The notes under the pieces: model-generated
What the model was told of the DNA's origin: nothing
The model's database searches: none
Seen by the model: the letters and a program-made list of their open reading frames with translations, nothing else
Translations under genes and position numbers: made by a program
Source of the DNA: a virus
Virus record (IMG/VR): IMGVR_UViG_3300046170_000502
Location: 32,001 to 96,000 of that record
DNA length: 64,000 nucleotides
Strand: one strand, 5' to 3'
Part shown: positions 63,039-64,000 of the stretch, one piece after another
Layout: each line of letters opens with the position of its first letter
Numbering within the stretch: the first letter of the stretch is position 1

Positions 63039-64000
63039 ATGAGTAAAAGAAAATACGTAAAACGCTCGAACTATTGGGATAAGTTTAATAAAGCCAATTC
63101 AAAAGATATTAGCGATTTTATAAAATCACAAGAAGTTGCTCCCAGTTCTCATGGAGAGCCTTACTACGCTGAGTCTAAGGCTAGTTATAATAGAAGTTCT
63201 TCTAAGTCAGAAGAATTTGTGTCTAGGAGGAATTCTACTCATAAAGCTGATAAGAAATTTAGGTTTTCTCACATATCCGGAGGTATGCTTCCATATAATT
63301 ATGGATCGGATGGAGTTAATGTTAGGGATTCTATAGAGTTGTGCCAAAAGGCTTATGCGAATATATCTGTATTTAGGAATGCTATTGACGTGATGTCAGA
63401 GTTTGCTAATTCTAATATTTATCTAGAAGGTGGGACTCAAAAGTCTAGAGATTTTATATACAAGTGGTTTGATAAAATTAAATTATGGAATTTGAAAGAC
63501 CAATACTTTAGGGAATATTACAGAAGTGGAAATATATTTTTATACAGAGTTGATGGAAAATTCTCGCAAACAGATTTTGATAGGCTTACGAAAGTATACG
63601 GCTCAAGTTTAGCTTTAAAGTCGGGTAACTTACCATTGAGATATATTTTGCTAAATCCTTATGATGTTGTAGCTAGCAAAGGCTCCTCTTTTGAGACTAG
63701 TCTTTATGAGAAAATTCTTTCAGAATATGATATAGAGAGATTAAGAAACCCAAAAACAGATTATGATATACAGGTATTTGAGTCTTTAGATGACCAAACT
63801 AAAGAAAAAATCAAAACAGGAAAATTTAACTCCGATGGAATAAGGATTAAACTTGACCCAGGCTTATTGGTATACTCATTTTACAAGAAGCAAGATTATG
63901 AACCTTTTGCGATTCCGTTCGGCTACCCCGTTCTGGATGACATTAATTTCAAGCTTGAATTGAAGCAGATCGATCAAGCTATATGCAGGACAATAGAGAA
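63039..64000 (+). CDS. portal protein, 5' part (truncated by the window end; absent from the ORF track)
   Basis: Open frame from ATG 63039 to the edge; VFRNAIDVM, YFREYYRSGNIF, KQDYEPFAIP patterns; GTGTA 9 nt upstream. Confidence 0.7.
   Translation, partial: MSKRKYVKRSNYWDKFNKANSKDISDFIKSQEVAPSSHGEPYYAESKASYNRSSSKSEEFVSRRNSTHKADKKFRFSHISGGMLPYNYGSDGVNVRDSIELCQKAYANISVFRNAIDVMSEFANSNIYLEGGTQKSRDFIYKWFDKIKLWNLKDQYFREYYRSGNIFLYRVDGKFSQTDFDRLTKVYGSSLALKSGNLPLRYILLNPYDVVASKGSSFETSLYEKILSEYDIERLRNPKTDYDIQVFESLDDQTKEKIKTGKFNSDGIRIKLDPGLLVYSFYKKQDYEPFAIPFGYPVLDDINFKLELKQIDQAICRTIE

Overview
The window is an internal 64-kb piece of a large, AT-rich tailed dsDNA phage genome. It has no CRISPR array, rRNA or integrase. 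Four blocks are visible. (1) 1-17.5 kb: an early/host-takeover region of small genes, nearly each with a consensus sigma70 promoter. Two arms converge at about 12.87 kb. The region holds a DNA ligase, HhH glycosylase, DUF932, Gp88-like and HNH genes, tRNA-Asp, a tRNA-like RNA, a promoter/boxA/terminator-bounded structured ncRNA candidate, and nine copies of a fixed-geometry 77-bp double-palindrome element. (2) 17.8-32.5 kb (+): PhoH, a putative lysis cassette, a phage sigma factor, an ERCC4 nuclease, terminase, prohead protease/scaffold and capsid. (3) 32.5-63 kb (-): ClpC-like ATPase, a DnaE split into three genes, class Ic-like RNR, a PVC-type DUF1549/DUF1553 + DUF1501 pair, a porin, Hsp20, a gmd/GT10/GT2/GT4 glycosylation cassette, primase, DnaB and RecA. 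(4) The 5' part of a portal-like gene at the right edge. Most promoters place the start codon at the transcription start (leaderless), and late genes share a GTGTA motif. The auxiliary genes point to a Verrucomicrobia/Planctomycetes host (inference). The best candidates for undescribed biology are the 77-bp promoter-phased repeat array, the ncRNA at 5.5-5.85 kb, and the phage-borne DUF1549/1553-DUF1501 module. All family names come from motif recognition by eye; no database search was run.
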